Notes under the pieces: generated by a model
Told to the model about the DNA's origin: nothing
What the model saw: only the letters and a program-made list of their open reading frames with translations
Database searches by the model: none
Shown here: positions 62,830-64,000 of the stretch, piece by piece
Position numbering within the stretch: position 1 is the stretch's first letter
How the letters are laid out: every line of letters starts with the position of its first letter
Made by a program: the position numbers and the translations under genes
Assembly (NCBI GenBank): GCA_032718475.1
Contig: JAUCBJ010007101.1
Location: 1 to 64,000, forward strand
DNA: 64,000 nucleotides
DNA from: Nemertoderma westbladi
Taxonomy: Eukaryota; Animalia; Xenacoelomorpha
Direction of reading: 5' to 3'

Positions 62830-63450
62830 TCGCGCTACTTCAATAATTTTTTGCAAAATTTTTTTTTTATTTCATCTAGAGCAGAATTTTATCAAGATTC
62901 CAAATTTGAAATCCGACTAGCAAGATCTGTCTCACTTCTCGAGATATGGTTTCCTGTCCATTTTACTGTCGGTTTTGTCCGTCAGTTCAAAGTCTGTCGG
63001 TCAATACAAATCAGACTATCTTTCTAAAAATTCCCTGAAAGGGTTTTCGTGGTCGGTAACTTAATTTATTATGTCATAAATCAAATTTGGCCTTGTCGGT
63101 TCTGTCTGTATGCCTGTCAAAATATAACCGACAGTCTGACAACCAAACAGACAATTTGGAAGTCATAAAATGTTAAGATTGACACTAGAAATGAATTCTG
63201 CGACCAAGAAAACCCCTATAGCTAAACTTTTAGCTAAATGGTGTGCCTTATATATTTGACAGACAGATAGTCGGATAGTCTGATAGACCGACAGACAGAC
63301 ACACACTAGATTTCATTAAAAGTGAAAACTGACCTCAGAAATGAAATCAGCGACCAGGAAAACCCCATAGCAAAATTCTTAGCATGGTTTTGTGCTTTCT
63401 TGTTACTAGATATATATTGACAGACATTCACACATATTATGATAATTAAA
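62830..63450. mobile_element. Possible non-autonomous DNA element (Helentron/HINE-like)
   Basis: gaaatgaa(t/a)tc(t/a)gcgacca(a/g)gaaaacccc at ~63189 and ~63338, a partial inverted copy at ~63041, and gaca-type microsatellites; no ORF or TSD seen. Confidence 0.35.
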
Positions 63451-63663
63451 ACTTACTAACGAAATAAGACAATAATAAGACAATAATAGGAAGAAAGCTA
63501 GTGGGGGGAAGGGGTGTAGTTACCTACTGCAAAGTAAAGAAGTGACACTGAAAATAGTGAAAGATAAGAAGTGGTACTTGAAAAATAAAAACGGTTTCTT
63601 AGATTTACAAAAAAAATAGAAAACATTTAGAACCCTTATAAATCGTATAACGCGGGAAACAAT

Positions 63664-63880
63664 ATGTCACACAACAATTACTATTGGATATATTTTCAAA
63701 ATTTTGTGCCGGGCACCAAATTTTACACCCACCGCCAAAATATGCGATTTTGAAAGGTCTAGTGACCCCAAGATGTCACAATAAATTTATCTATTGGAAG
63801 TATTTTCAAAAATTGGAGCTGGCACCTAATTTTGCACCCACCACCGAAATATACAATTTTGAGATGTCTAGTGTCATTTT
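63664..63880. repeat. Two diverged ~108-bp tandem units
   Basis: atgtcaca...tattgga..tattttcaaaa...ggcacc.aatttt.caccca...tctagtg occurs twice. Confidence 0.65.
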
Positions 63881-64000
63881 TATTAATTGCATTACTTTCA
63901 GAATCGCCATAAACCAGTATAACGCAATATGTTAAACAATATAAAAATAAATAAAAATAAACAAAAAAAACATTAAAAAAAATTATTATACTTTGAAAAA

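Overview
Eukaryotic (invertebrate-like) repeat-rich genomic DNA; no prokaryotic genes and no CRISPR. The window is dominated by one BEL/Pao LTR-retrotransposon lineage. (i) Two recently inserted elements, A (37100-48589, TSD GATAC) and B (49518-61432, TSD ATCCC), keep an open Gag-protease ORF but share a deletion of RT, most of RNase H and integrase. (ii) An older pol-containing relative (C) appears split in two (1345-7700 minus; 25612-~30350 plus) by a 45-bp satellite plus an apparent ~19-kb inversion or misjoin. The family carries a 3' accessory ORF, which in C encodes a DEDDy-like 3'-5' exonuclease plus three Zn knuckles. Most striking, A and B show no recognisable tRNA primer-binding site; the 11-12 nt next to the 5' LTR instead pair with a site inside their own LTR, with compensatory changes between A and B, suggesting Tf1-like self-priming or RNA circularisation. 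Also present: an IS3EU-like DNA transposon inside C's integrase, a single-exon class A GPCR, a tRNA-derived SINE, a CRE-like LINE 3' end and five tandem-repeat families (29, 31, 36, 45, 68 bp). All alignments were done by eye; no database searches were run.
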